From: Blepharisma stoltei ATCC 30299
Lineage: Eukaryota > Protista > Ciliophora
Assembly (NCBI GenBank): GCA_965603825.1
Contig: CBFDEM010000052.1
Coordinates: forward strand, 124,001-188,000
DNA length: 64,000 nt
Reading direction: 5' to 3'
The position numbers and the translations under genes were made by a program. Position 1 is the first letter of the stretch; every line of letters begins with the position of its first letter. Shown one piece after another: positions 63,625 through 64,000 of this stretch. Below the pieces are notes generated by a model. It searched no databases and was not told the origin of the DNA. It saw nothing but the letters and a program-made list of their open reading frames with translations.

Positions 63625-64000
63625 AATTAATTCAATATTTTTAGGGTAGCTATTTTAATTTTTTGTATAATTGATTGGCATTAATGCATCAACATGAAAA
63701 ATTGTAAAATAAAGCTTAGTTTTCAGGATATTCGTCGAAAGTATTCACTTTTTTAAATTCATTAAAGGTGAATTAATTGAGTTTTTGCAAGACCTTTCCC
63801 TTCTTCTTAGTACTCAAAATAGGAATTTTATTTTAATTTTATAAGTCAGAATAAAACTCACAATCTTAAATTAAGCAAAATCTATGCTGTTTTTAACCAC
63901 AATTTTGGGTATCTATCTCTTCCGTAGAATTGAGTACTTTTCTTCTGCTGAGTCTGATAATATTTAGGTGCATTAATCTTTAATGCTTCATCCATTCTTT

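Overview
AT-rich, gene-dense eukaryotic DNA, most likely the macronuclear genome of a heterotrich ciliate such as Blepharisma (inferred). TGA is read as Trp, TAA/TAG end every complete gene, and three 15-nt GT..AG introns are present. The supplied standard-code ORF track therefore splits many genes. Re-read with TGA=Trp, the window holds about 33 intact genes plus several pseudogenes. These include the 3' 6.8 kb of an RNF213/mysterin-like AAA+ protein with a degenerate RZ finger, PP2C, a MORN protein, an FHA-RINGv-FHA ligase, an otubain, a Nup85-like protein, and a pseudo-active/active pair of membrane-anchored pepsin-family proteases flanking an NPC2/ML gene. Further on are ZNF474-like and two calmodulin-like genes, a birth-and-death tandem array of atypical kinases with an embedded LRR gene (29-41 kb), VPS20, a SAPS/PP6R subunit, CK1, MGRN1-like, HERP-like, SAHH, TSG101, a ketoacyl synthase, a Myb protein, a PHAX-domain protein and CPSF1. 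I saw no rRNA, tRNA, CRISPR array or transposase. All assignments come from motif recognition by eye, with no database searches.
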